Program-made: the position numbers and the translations under genes
NCBI GenBank assembly: GCA_001179505.1
Contig: CDMY01000275.1
Coordinates: forward strand, 62,001-126,000
Source of the DNA: Vitrella brassicaformis CCMP3155
Lineage: Eukaryota > Protista > Chromerida
Direction: 5' to 3'
DNA: 64,000 nt
The notes under the pieces: model-generated
What the model saw: only the letters and a program-made list of their open reading frames with translations
What the model was told of the DNA's origin: nothing
The model's database searches: none
Shown: one piece after another, positions 11,301 to 23,083 of the stretch
Layout: every line of letters starts with the position of its first letter
Numbering within the stretch: position 1 is the stretch's first letter

Positions 11301-12637
11301 GAGGACGGCGTAGGCTATGTGGCTGGCAGGCCGGTCGAGCTGCCCCTCGCCCCAGTGTGACGCCATACCCGTCCAGTGCTCCGACCACAGACACGGCAAA
11401 CGACCACCTGCAGACGACGGGAAAATAGCTCTCGCCTGGCAGGACATGTGTGTTCCTGCGGACTTACCGTGGCAAGCATAATCGGCCCAGTCGCCTGCAC
11501 ACACACACACGAGGATGTCATGCGCTGCTGCTGGGTCTGTCTGTCAATAAATGCACGTCACGTGCCGTTGGTTGGTTCGTTAGTTACCGCAATCGAAGCC
11601 TTGGCACGCCGGCAGCAGCCCCTGGCGCAGCACCACCTTGTCCTTTTTCCGCCTCTTGATCCTCTTCCCGGCATCCTCACTCCCACCGCCCCCATCATCA
11701 CCCAGACCAAAGGTCGCCTTGGCTCGTCGCGTCAGCCCGGCCAATACGCCTTCGGGCTCGTCGGCCTCTCCCCTCTCCCATTCAGATGCGTCAGCAAGAG
11801 TGCCTTGCCCGTAGAGCGCGTCGATGACCCGGTCGTCGCCACCCGGGCAGGTGACGACAGGGATCCTCCTGCCTGTCTTGGCTTCCTGCACGAGCTCGTC
11901 CACACGGTCGGTCATCCACTGCCGGTGCTTCTCCGCAAGTAGCATGTCGTCCTCCTTCACCCCTCGCCCATCCCTGTCGCTGCCATTCTCACGCCCCTTG
12001 CGCAGAAAACACCCCTCCAGCTGCAGAAACGACGCCGCCGCCCCCACATGGCTATGGCTGCTGTTGGCCGACGACGGCGCGAATGTGTGGTTTCTCCTCG
12101 GCTGGATGTCGCCCCTGTACCAATACGAGTTGGTAGGGCAGCCGCATGGCTCTGTGGCGAGCATGATGACGGGCCCGCCGTTGGTGGCGAGGTAGGGGCT
12201 GATGAGTGTGGTGATGGATGTGAGCCACCGGTTGAGCCAGTAGCGCCAGGGGGGGTTGTCGGGGTCGCGGATGATGATGTCCGGCACGTACTGCAGCCAG
12301 TGGGGCAGACCACCAAAGTCAAAATCGCCGCATATCCCTACACATACACATACATCTAGACCCGCGGTGAAAGGAATGCTGGAAACGGCGGTCGTTGCCG
12401 TGTGTGTGGGTGCTGTGCTGACTGACCAGGCCCTATGTTGAGGATGACAAAGAGGTTGTGAGCTGCCGCCAGCCGGATGAAGTCAAAGAGGTCTTTGGAC
12501 CCCTCGAATGTGTACTCGCCGTGCTCCGGTTCGTGCTCGCCCCACACCACATAGGTCTGCACGGCATTGAACCCAGACGAACGCGCGTAGTCCAGCAGTC
12601 GGTACCACTCACTAACACCTGACGGACAAAGGGGCGG

Positions 12638-12668
<31 letters not shown>

Positions 12669-12944
12669 AGCAGCACCACCCAAGCAGTGCAGGTGCACGG
12701 CAATGAAACAAGCAGCCTCTCTGCGTGCCTCACTTGCTCGTGTGTAGTGCATGCCGGCTGAGAGGATGAGGGTGGGTTGGCCGTCGACGGTCAGCCATCT
12801 GTCCCGGAACTCCACGCGATAAGGCAGCCCCTCTGGGACGTCGAACAGCCGGACCAGACGACCAGACGACAGCGACGGCACCGTCATCACCATCAGCAGC
12901 AGCGGCAGCAGGCACGATACGACAGATGACACATGTTTTTCCAT
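8360..12944 (-). CDS. GH35 beta-galactosidase-like protein with signal peptide, altered active site and C-terminal TM anchor
   Basis: GH35 motifs in order: SAGMHYTR, GFNAVQTYVVWGEHEP, DLFDFIRLAA, FGGLPHWL, NGGPVIML, ACQGFDC, WSEHWTG, TSYDF...LDEY, KGFVYINGRPLG, LVLVDEWGRLP. Many short introns. Confidence 0.9.
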
Positions 12945-13132
12945 CAACCAATGGCAGATCTACTGCATCACAGGGGAGGCTGCAGATGTGCAGACCATGC
13001 ACTCAGCATCTTTCCGTTGCCACGCTGCGAGCTTAGCTTGGGATGCACCAAAGGAAGGGGAGGTCAGAAGGGGATATGGAGGCCTCGGAGTGGAGCAGCC
13101 GGCTTAGCAGCTGACGAGATCTCAAGTCCCTG

Positions 13133-14405
13133 ATGTTCATCTCGCGCGTCGTCCTGTATCCCAAGCCGGGCGGCCACGGTCGGCTGCTGTTCCCCATCAG
13201 CGGGATGAGTTGGGGTCCCAACAGCCCCGGCTACACCGACAGGGGCCTCTACGCACTCAAGCGCGAGCACCTGCTGACGCCCCGGTGGGGGATGCGGCGA
13301 GAGGCCTACAACCCTCACTGGGACATCGGGCCCTACCCGGAGCACGTCAGTGGCAACAAGGTGCCGCCTGAGGAGCGGGGCAAGGAGGTCCCCACCAGCC
13401 GGACCTGGGACACCGACGCCCCGGCTGCGTGGCGACGAAGCTGGTTCGACCTGCCCAACGTGACTCGCACGTCGCACATCAAGATGTACAGGCGCAACGA
13501 GGCGGCCTATCTGAAGCCAGCCATGGAGGCACAGGACCCACACGTACGGGTAAGTCAGTGCATTCATGAGCAAGAAAGACAGAGAAAGAGGGTGGGTGGG
13601 ACTGACACGTGAACTTCGATGCATGTGTATGTGTATGTGTGTGTGTGTGGTCGTCTGTCTGCAGGAGTACATCCTTAATGTGCTGGAGCCGAGTGCCGGG
13701 CGGACGTACAGCGGCTTCGGCCGGGCCGATGTGGGCGATGCCACCCACCCACCGGAGACGTACCACCTCCCCAGACACATCATGGAGGTCATGGAGGAGG
13801 TCGAGGGCGAGGCAAAGACCGGCGGGGCGGACAGGAGGGTCCTGCCATACATCAAGAAAGTCGCCCAGCCACGGACAAGGTCAGCGTGACAGCAAGGGAG
13901 GGAGGAAGGGAGGGAGGGAGTGTGCGTGTGATGGTTCCCCTTTTGAGTGTAGGATAGCTCGTCTGGCGAAGCTGGTGGTGGAGTCTGAGATCTGGCGCAC
14001 CAAGGCGTCGCGTCCCGTGGGCCACGACCGGCCGTTCCCCTATGTGGACGATCAGTTCTCGTTGGTGCGTGACCTGCCGCTGGCCGAGATCCTCTACCAC
14101 CGGAGCAACCACCGCGGGAAGCTGCGGCGGCACCCCATCTGGCTGCACAGGCAGTGGATCAAGAGGAACTGCCACATTCCATACCTATATAGGTGAGGAA
14201 GAGATGGGAGGGAGGGAGGGAGGGAGGGAACACACCTGCAGGCATCCCGGGCCCCGATGTGCATATGTGTGCATATGTCGTTGCTTGCGTTGACAGGGCT
14301 CGTGTGTTGCGTGAGGAGGAGAAGCAGCGGTATTTAGGCCTCATCGAGGGGGGAGGGGATGGGGCACACGCAGCTGACAAGACAGTGGTGGAGGCGCAGA
14401 CCTGA
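13133..14405 (+). CDS. Hypothetical Arg/His/Pro/Trp-rich protein, four exons
   Basis: In-frame exons joined across microsatellite introns (…DPHVR|EYILNV…PRTR|IARLAK…YLYR|ARVLRE…EAQT*). No domain recognised. Confidence 0.7.
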
Positions 14406-14626
14406 ATGACACACATCGTCCGTCCGACGGTGTAGAGGCTAGGCTCATTTGTTTGTCTTGCCTTAGCTTGCACGACCGATGAAGGAATGGATGTGTGTGC
14501 ATCTGTCTGTCTGTCTGTCTGTGTAAAGTAGTCAGAGACTTGCTTGCACACTAAGAATGAATGGACAATTAACATTCATGCCAGCCAGCACACATAGCAT
14601 CCGAATGCAGTCAGTCAGTCAGTCAG

Positions 14627-15418
14627 TCACTTGTCCAGCAGTCCTTTCACCCGTCGCCTTCCTCTGCATCGGCCTCTCGTGTGTGGCGGCACTTGCAGGA
14701 AGGTCCGCTGTGCTGCATGCTCTCTCAGCCACCCATACAGCTCCCGAAACAGCCACGCATCATATGCACAGTACAGCAGCCTCCCCTCACTCATCAAACC
14801 CTCACCCCTCCTGTGACCCCCAACGTCACTCCCCGACGGGATCATATTCTCTCCTTCTCCGCCTCCCGCAATCAGCTTTTGCACCACAGCTGCCTTGCTG
14901 CTCGTCTTGAGGGCGTCGCGCAGGTTGGCGTCGATGTCCACGAGGTTCCCAACGGTGAGATTCCAGTAATCGGACATCCGTGGCACATCCAAACCCGTCA
15001 CTCCTTTGCCGACCTTACGCACGTCATTTCGCTGCAGCAGACGCACCAGAGCCTCGCAGGGCAGACTCCTCCCCACGTGCACGACCAGGACAGTGCTCTC
15101 GGTCGCCAGCTGCACAGAGCGCAGCGGCGGCAGCTCCACATACGTCCCGCTCACACGCCCTCGCGGCGCTTCGCAGTCAAAACCGACCACCCCATGCGCC
15201 GGCAGCTCCTCATCTAACAGCCGGCGTACAGACGCGTGACGGCACTGGGCAGGCAGGCACTCGATAATGTCCACTTGTTGAGGGCCGTGGATGCCGGGGA
15301 AGTCGCGTGTGAGTGTTCGGAGGCCGGGCACGGGTGTCACGAGAGCGACACAGGGGGCGACGGCTGAGAGGGCGACATGAAGGTAGCAGAGAGAGAGCCG
15401 AGCTGCTGGTAGCTTCAT
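14627..15418 (-). CDS. DEDDy 3'-5' exonuclease (WRN/EXD-like), intronless, with signal/transit-like N-terminus
   Basis: ExoI VVGFDCE, VQLAT, ExoII KVGKGVTGLD and ExoIII YCAYDAW. Hydrophobic N-terminus LSLCYLHVALSAVAPCVA. Confidence 0.85.
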   Translation of the reverse strand: MKLPAARLSLCYLHVALSAVAPCVALVTPVPGLRTLTRDFPGIHGPQQVDIIECLPAQCRHASVRRLLDEELPAHGVVGFDCEAPRGRVSGTYVELPPLRSVQLATESTVLVVHVGRSLPCEALVRLLQRNDVRKVGKGVTGLDVPRMSDYWNLTVGNLVDIDANLRDALKTSSKAAVVQKLIAGGGEGENMIPSGSDVGGHRRGEGLMSEGRLLYCAYDAWLFRELYGWLREHAAQRTFLQVPPHTRGRCRGRRRVKGLLDK

Positions 15419-15763
15419 TCATCAAAAGCGGCTCTTGTCTTGCCGGACGACAGAAGGGGCGAGGGACTGCAAGGAGGCAAGCACAGCCATGCATCAGAAT
15501 GATCGTCGTGCAGATCTGTGTCCTTCTGTGCTGCTTTGTCGATTGCTGTACCATGATCATGGTTATCGTCCCGTCACACGGATGAAGAACCCATCAAAGC
15601 GTCCTCGAGCTTTCTCTGGCTTGACCGCTTAGCTCGCAGGTGCTCTAGAATTGAACACCAACAGCTCGCATTGTGCGCAGCGAATTTTGAGCCTTTCGGG
15701 GTGCTGCGTGAATCTGGGTCTTTCTCCGTAGGTGTAGCCACCTCCCACCTGTGGTACATCAAG

Positions 15764-18700
15764 ATGGCGGATGGACCTCAGCTCTATTTGCTGTGGGTGG
15801 CCACAACTGAAGCCAGCGGATCGGAGGATGCTTCTACCGCAAGGGACGAGGACGGCCGAGAGCGCGGGACCGTCAGCTTGCTGTCTAACCTGCAGCGCAA
15901 CAGCCCTGGCGCAGGTTTGCCGCCCTGGGTGGTCCAATGCAAGACCTTCTCGGTCAAGCTTGAGGGCAAGAAGCAGTGCGTCGCCATCGGACGGGGAGCA
16001 GACAACGACATCATGTCAGTGACGTGCACACACATAACAGCAACAACAGGGAACAAGATAGATAGATACACATACAAGCTTGTGGATCTCTTATCTTTGT
16101 ATGTGTGTGTGTGTGTGGTATTGGTTGGTGTTCGTTCATTCAGCATCAAGAAGCACCAGGTGAGTACGAAGCACTGCGAGCTGCGGTGGCGGCGGCCCTC
16201 CTCTGCCACTGGGCAGTGGCAGTACACCCTCAAGGACGACAGCATGAACGGCAGCACCATCAACCTCAACACGGTGGTGTCCAAGAGGACCGATGACATC
16301 AATCTTGGCGACTTTTTCGTCCTCTCAACGCCAAAACACTCTGGCCGTAAGTTAGTTAGCGAGCCACGCACTCAGCACAGGCAGGCCGTGCCGTGCTTAA
16401 GGATACCTGCCTGCCTGCCTGCCTATGAGTGTGTTTCCTTCGTTTATGTATTCGTTTCTGCATGTAGGTGCGGTATCGTCGTTTTTCCTGCTGTCGAATC
16501 GTCCTGACCCCCACCTCCCCCACCTGTCAGCCATCACACAGCCCGCCCCGGCCACGTCGAGCAACGACAACGAGCCCACACCGCCGCAGCAGGCGCCAGA
16601 GGTGGCCGCCCCTCCCCCTCCCATCCCCCCCGCGCCACGCGTCATGCACAGTCCCCCACCACCACCACATGCCAACCACAGCAACAACCACAGCAACATT
16701 ACCAACGGACACAGCAACGGTCGCCCTCACACCACCACCACCAGCCCGGTTCGCCCCGCGGCTGCTGCGATAGATGTGGAGCGGTCGAGGGAGAACACGG
16801 CAGCAGTGCGTGTGAAGCGGGAGGGCGGTGACCGTGGGGGTGCGCCGGTGAGCCCACCTCCTCCCGCTGGGGGCAGCCGAGGGGTTCATGTGGGCGGTGG
16901 GGAGGGGAGTGGGGAGAATGGGGGCACCGGTAGATTCAGTGCGATGAGGAACTACCTCCACCCAGACATGTATGCGGAGATAGAGGGGCTCGAGAAGGTC
17001 AGGCAGTCAGGCAGTGAGTGACAAGGAAGGACACTCACTCCTCCACACGATAGGCAGGCAGGCATCTGATATTCTCCTTGGCGTCTTTCCTACTTCTCTC
17101 AGCGTGCGGCAGCCTCCGACCAGCGCGTGGCAGCTTTGGGGAACCAGGTGTCTGAGTTGGAGTTGCAGCTGCAGAAGCAGCGGGCTGACAAGGACGCAAC
17201 GCTGGCGTCCCTTGAACAGCAGCTGCAGTCGGAGGTCGCGGGCCGGGAGGAGGTGGAGCGTCGGCTGCAGGCGTCGGCGCGGCAGGTGGAGGACCTGAAG
17301 GCCAAGCTGACCGAGAAGGACAACCAGCTCAAAGAGCGGCTCGAGTACGATGGACAGGTCACACAGCTGCAGGTGAGTCCGGGAGGGAGGGAGGGAGTGG
17401 GTACTGCACTGCACACATCTGTCTGTGTACATTTCTCTGTGTGGTGCGCTGGTGTGTCGTTGGTGTGCCTGTAGGACGATATGGCGGTTCGTGACAAACA
17501 GATCGAGTCGCTGCAGCAGCAAGTGCAGCAGACACACAAGTACAACTAACTGCAATGGACCGCGCACAAGCAAACAAGGCAAACACCTCGTGTGTGTGTC
17601 GGTTTGCAGTGACAAGAACCGTCTGGAGGCCGACCTACAGAGCAAGAATGAAGAGATCAGCTCCCTCGAAGGTCGCCGACACATCAACCCACCCCACCAA
17701 CACAGCACAGCGCCTGCGTGTGTGTCTATCCCTCTGTATGTGTGTGTGTGTGTGTGTGTGCAGTGCGTCTGCAGCGCCAGAATGAGCGAGAGGAGTCCTA
17801 CAAGAAGCGGATCGCAGAGCTAGAGAAGGAGAAACAAGGCAAGAGCCGCCAGCAGTATCACACACAAGCAATACGCCACTCACCGTCACCCCTGTGTGTG
17901 TGTGTGCGTATGCAGAGGTGTGTGAGCGTCTTGAGAAGGTACGTGCGGAGCTTGACGAGGAGAGGGACCGGGCCGCCGCCATCAGAAAGAGCCTCGACAA
18001 ACTTCAGGGTGGGTGGGTGCGTGAGGCAGGCTGGGCACACAAACTTAACACACACACATACGTGGATGCGTGTGTGTGTGTGTGTGTGTTTAGATGAGTA
18101 CAAGGCTTTGTGTGACAAGAACAACGACCACTGCAGCATGCTCGACGACCTCAAAAAGACCAAAGTACACTTCCCAAGACCACACACCACACAAGCCAAT
18201 GTGTGTGGTGTTGATCCATCCATCCATCCATGCATCAGAGTGATTTGGAGCGGGCCATCGTTCAGCGGGACGACAGAGTGGCCGAGCTGGAGTTCACCAT
18301 CAGACAGCACGAGAGAACCATCTCAGAATTGGAACAGGTCAGAACCCCGCAACGGACACACCCCACCACACACACATGGAGAATGCCCTTCTCTTCTGCA
18401 TGTGTGTATGAGTGCAGAGGTGGCGTGTGTCCGAGTACGCCCAGGAGACCGTCGGCACCTCACTGGGTGCCATCCTGAGCGCCCTCCAGGGAGAGCTCCT
18501 GCCCATCCTCAACTCACGCGACAAACAGCTCAAGGTAACAAGGGCGGGGTGGGCCGGGGTGGGGTGGGACACACCACCCACTACAACAGCCATCACACAC
18601 ACATTCTCTCCCCTGTTACCTTACTCGCTCAGCTATATCAGGAGGGTCATCGCATCAACGGCCCCTTCTTTGACGTCTGCATCCCACCCGCAGCTAACCG

Positions 18701-20058
18701 CCCGCCCTCGCCTCACTTCAAACAGGACCTGACGGCCGCACCTGCTGCTGCAGCTGCTGCTGCTGGTGGGTATGGCGGCGAGCATTGCCACGACCACAGC
18801 CAGAAGCGGCCCCTACAGATGGTCAGCAGAAGGAGAAGTGTGGGCGGGACGTGGCTGTCGACATACAGATGGGATTTGACGGTTGTGTGTGCAGACTTTA
18901 GAGTCCCAGAGTCCCCTCACCCTCAACAGCCAGCCGGCCAAGGGTGACGCCACCCACCCCGCTGCTGCGGCACCAGCAGCAGCTGCCGCTGCTGCTGCCG
19001 CTGGGAGTGCTCTGCCCCCCGACCCCCCCCATTGGCATGATCACACAGACAACGCCAGCCACACCAAGCGCAAGCGAGACACCGAGCAGGACCACCCCCT
19101 CACCGGCACAGCGCCAGCGCTCACCGGGAGCGTCCGCCGCGACCAAGACCCCCACGAGGGAGGGGGCGAGGGGGAGGGCGACGGCGAGGGGGAGGGAGAT
19201 GCCAAAGACGATGGGCATGGCGCCGATCAGGCCGGCAACCCCACCAAGCGGATGCGAGTCGACGGTGGCGATGGGGATGACGTTGACATGGACGATGCGG
19301 ACCCTCAGCCGCAGCAGCAGCAGCAGGAAGAGATAGAGGTCGACCAAGAGCAGCACAAGGAGCCCAGCCAGCCGTCCCCTCCCGCCGCAGCGCCAGGAGA
19401 GGACCTCTACGCCGGATCCCCCACCATGCGGCCTCTCCCTGCGGCCGTCTTCACCACAGCGGCCGACCTGCTCCGCGGCGCTCACCACAACCAAGACAAC
19501 CAGCAGCAGCATCAGGGGGCCATCATGTCCTCGCAGCAGCTCGACCAGGCGGTGGCGGATGCGTCATCGAGCCAGGACAGCCAACAGCACCAGCAGCAAC
19601 AACAGCAGGAGGAGGAGGACCAGCCCCAGCCCCAGCCCCAGCCCTGCGCACGCTCCCTCTCCCCCCTGCTCTCCCACTGCCCCAGGCCCCGAGCTGCCAA
19701 ACCGAAAAGGTCGACCATGCCGGCAGCCGAGCCGCAGCCGACCGCCGGGACCAAGGCTATCCATTTTGACTTCCGCCGCATCACCTCAGGGGGGGCCGCT
19801 GCGGCTGATGGAGGGGGGGACGGGGGAGCTCAGGACGATGGCGTCGAAGAGGATGACATCCAGGAGCCCGAGAGCAACCATGGAGACAAGCAGGGTGTGC
19901 AGCGGCATGGCACGGCCGGCAATGAGGAGGGGGGTGCCATGGACGGGCAGATAGGCACTAGTGTTGGTGCTGGTGGTGGTGGTGTCGGTCAGGCTGAGGG
20001 CGAGAGGGGTGGGGGCGAGGCTGCAAGTAGTGGGAAAGACGAGCTCCTTGACATGTAG
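15764..20058 (+). CDS. FHA-domain protein with long coiled coil and disordered Q/D/G-rich tail
   Basis: FHA signature IGRGADND…VSTKHCEL…LKDDSMNGSTIN. Multiple coiled-coil exons (LELQLQKQRADKDATL…) and a long final low-complexity exon to TAG 20058. Confidence 0.8.
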
Positions 20059-20608
20059 TGAGTCTGAGAACCTGCCATAGACACAATTCGCGGACCTGCG
20101 CGTGTCTGTGTGGTGCAAAGACCGTTGTCTGATGTCAATTTGCGGTGTGGGCAGTTTGTTGTTAGAAAGCCGTTGACATCAACACATAACACTCGCGTCA
20201 TCTTGCCACTGGGCGAAGGAATGAGCCATCTCAGTCTGTCAGGAAGGCTGTAGAATGCAGGCTCACTAACACGAGCACACGGCGGAAGCAACACATGGAC
20301 AAAGGCATGAATCTATATATCTGTCGACAGGGTGTGGTAATGGCATTCATCAATCACCATCCGACAGATGCGAGCCACCTTAACAAACAACCAGACTCGG
20401 AATGTCTTCATGTGCCATCAGCACACACGCCACACACAACAGACAGACGGACACAGCACAGCGGATGTACGCGTTGGATCCCACACAGACAGACACACGG
20501 CACACATAATCTCATAAAGCGAACGATCACACAGAGAGTGAGTGACACAGAGAAACACAAACTTACTCGACACACAAACATACAGAAAAAGCCCAGTACA
20601 GAAAATCA

Positions 20609-21835
20609 CTATGTCGTATTCTTGATCATTAGCTTGGACAGCCTCTCCACGTTACTCGTGTAAACCAAACAAGGCTCTCCCGATGGGGTCTCTCCCGGCT
20701 CAATGTACACATTCCAGTACTCATCGCCTCTCCTCTGTTTCTCAATCACATCCACAATATGGTCCATCACACGCTGCGGGTCAGCCGGCAGAAACAACAG
20801 CTCATCGGCCTCGAAATACAGCCGCTTCTCCTCGTCGTGATAATCGATGTCGACGACAACCCAGGTCGACCCGTCCGTCACAAAGCCGTGAACTAGTCCG
20901 TCAGCCACCAGCCGCTTCAGCAGGGCCTGCTCGTGCCGCCAGCCGTTCAGAGGGCCGCCTGTCATGATGATAAACAGCACCTTCTCGCCCCCGCACGACA
21001 CAATGACGTCATCGCACTCCGATATCTGTGGGGAGAATCCGACCTCATTTGGATCGCGCAAACCATACTCGCAACGTCTGAATCTGATATTGTCTTTGGT
21101 CCGGACGCGACGCCGTGTTCTCAGCTGCAGGCGCCTCAGTAAAGGGTCCACGAAGTCGTAGAAAAGATTGGCCTTGAGTGACCCGAGAGGGCCCAGGAAG
21201 CGCTTGGGGTCGCGGAAAGCCTTGTTAATTTCCTCGGTGTGCTCCTTGCTGAGTAAGATTCGGTTACGGTCCGGACCCCTTACGACAGGCTCAGCTTCTT
21301 GTGACTGGGGATCATCAGGCCCGCGGTCAGCACACACAGACACAGACACACACAGATCCTGATGCATGATGCACGTGTAGAGCGAATGAATGTGTGTGTG
21401 AGGGGGGTACCCACCTGATGCAATTGGATGACATTGGCTGCGTGCCACTCGCTGTCATTGCGGCAAGCTGCCAGCCTGTACGGGCGGCTCGGCTCCTGGC
21501 CTGCACACATACCCATGCAGTGGCATGCACATACACAGACACAGACGTGATTGTGTGGGCATCCGACACCGACAGACGGACCCACCGGAGAGTTCCATTC
21601 TGATCAGGTCGACGAACTCTCGAGAGGGAGTCCACTCTGCCGTGTTCCCTTCGCCGCTGGAGGACGTCTGGGGTGTCCCTCTCAGCGCTGTCTTTGCTGT
21701 GGGTGAGAGGGAGATGGCAGCACTGTGCGGCGGAGGGTGCAGGAAGCTGGCAAGGAATGCTGGACCTCGCACACGATGGGCATGACCACGAAGGATGGCC
21801 GAGAGAGCGACCACGACGACAGCAAGTGAAGACAT
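20609..21835 (-). CDS. Signal-peptide protein with a degenerate PD-(D/E)XK (restriction-endonuclease-like) fold; 3 exons, about 361 aa
   Basis: Exons 21835-21586, 21500-21415 and 21358-20609 are phase-compatible with GT-AG sites. Core: CEYGL…SECDDVIV…VLFIIMTGG…HEQALL…VHGFVTDGSTWVVV. Confidence 0.7.
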
Positions 21836-22489
21836 ACCTCCGAGGAGTTCGCGCAGGATAACACAGAGAATGAATGAGATCTCCTTGGCAGCGATATGGG
21901 CTGTCACTCTGCGGTCCCGCTCACCTTCCTCTTTCTCCGGATGCTGCGATTCGCGATTCGTTTGCGATCGCCGTGAAGCTCGCACCTCACTCCGCTCATT
22001 TCCCTCTGTTCCCCCCTGTAGGTCGGTCAAGGGATGCCTCACACAACCGGCAGTGACAAAGATCTGGCGAAAAACCACCGGTCTGTTGGGTTGCCGTGTT
22101 TGCAAGAATGCAGAGAGCCCCCAGCAGCAGCCATACCTGCTTTCTGTGCACGTGCCACCTTCCTTGAGCCATGCAGCCTTGTTGATTGATTCATTGTGAC
22201 GGGTCTATTAATGGATGCATGACGGAGGAGAACACGACTGGGAAGGTCAGTCAAAGCACACACCGAGGCTCTGACAAAACCAAGGATGACAGAACCACCA
22301 AGGAGAAAAAATGGATGGATTGATGAATGGATGGATGCTTGGTTTGTTTGTGTCTGCGGACGCAAGCAAGACGGCGAGCAGAGCCAAGCATAACAGAACT
22401 CATTGCAGGCATAACAGAACGCTTCCCACACAATCCTTGTGTGTGTGTGTGTGTTTCGGGCGCGGAGGCGTGTCTGTGTGTGTCATGCC

Positions 22490-22492
<3 letters not shown>

Positions 22493-22526
<34 letters not shown>
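22493..22526. repeat. (TG)n microsatellite, about 17 units
   Basis: Uninterrupted tg run; representative of many in the window. Confidence 0.95.
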
Positions 22527-22527
<1 letters not shown>

Positions 22528-23083
22528 CAGATCTGACGGCCAACACGCGCAGCAGGGGCTGGTTCAGCGTCTGCCGCTGCCCCGTAACTCACTCACGGCA
22601 ATGCATCTGATCGCATCTTCCATCCCGTCGTCCGTCGTGCCGCCCTGCTTGGTCATCATCGGCTGGCGAGGACAAGGCGGCTGTCGCTCAGGCACTGGCA
22701 TCCATCCATCCTGCGGGACAGTGTCGAGAGCGGCGTGGCGAGCACCGATGACCCTGCAGCACAGCCACAGGCAGAGGATGGCAGCACAACGAAGGAGAGA
22801 GAGGAGGAGAGAGACCGTCCGCCCTCACCATTCCCATGGCCGGCCATCAATCGGAAGCTGATGACCTTTGTTCCTCACAGCACCAAAGGCTCTTCGTGTC
22901 CGCGGCGTCCACCAATAGGGCATCCATCCGCCCCACTGACGGCTGCTTCACGGTCCTCGAGGGCCCAACTCGACCGTCTTGGTATCCCTCTGACGGCCCC
23001 TGCCACACTGGCATACGGCCTCGTTGACCTACGGGTCGCTGCTGCCTTTATCCAAGCCATCAGCCGAGCAGTGGACACTCCCC

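Noticed and set aside
13064-13855. Long antisense ORFs (also 32000-32533, 46579-47679, 14681-15217, 51777-52148)
   Set aside because: They are shadows of GC-rich coding exons on the opposite strand and have no motifs of their own. Many ORF-track 'M' starts are GTG/TTG/CTG.
18883-20058. Poly-Q, poly-A and QP repeats in the FHA protein tail
   Set aside because: Ordinary low-complexity disorder, common in this genome's coding exons.
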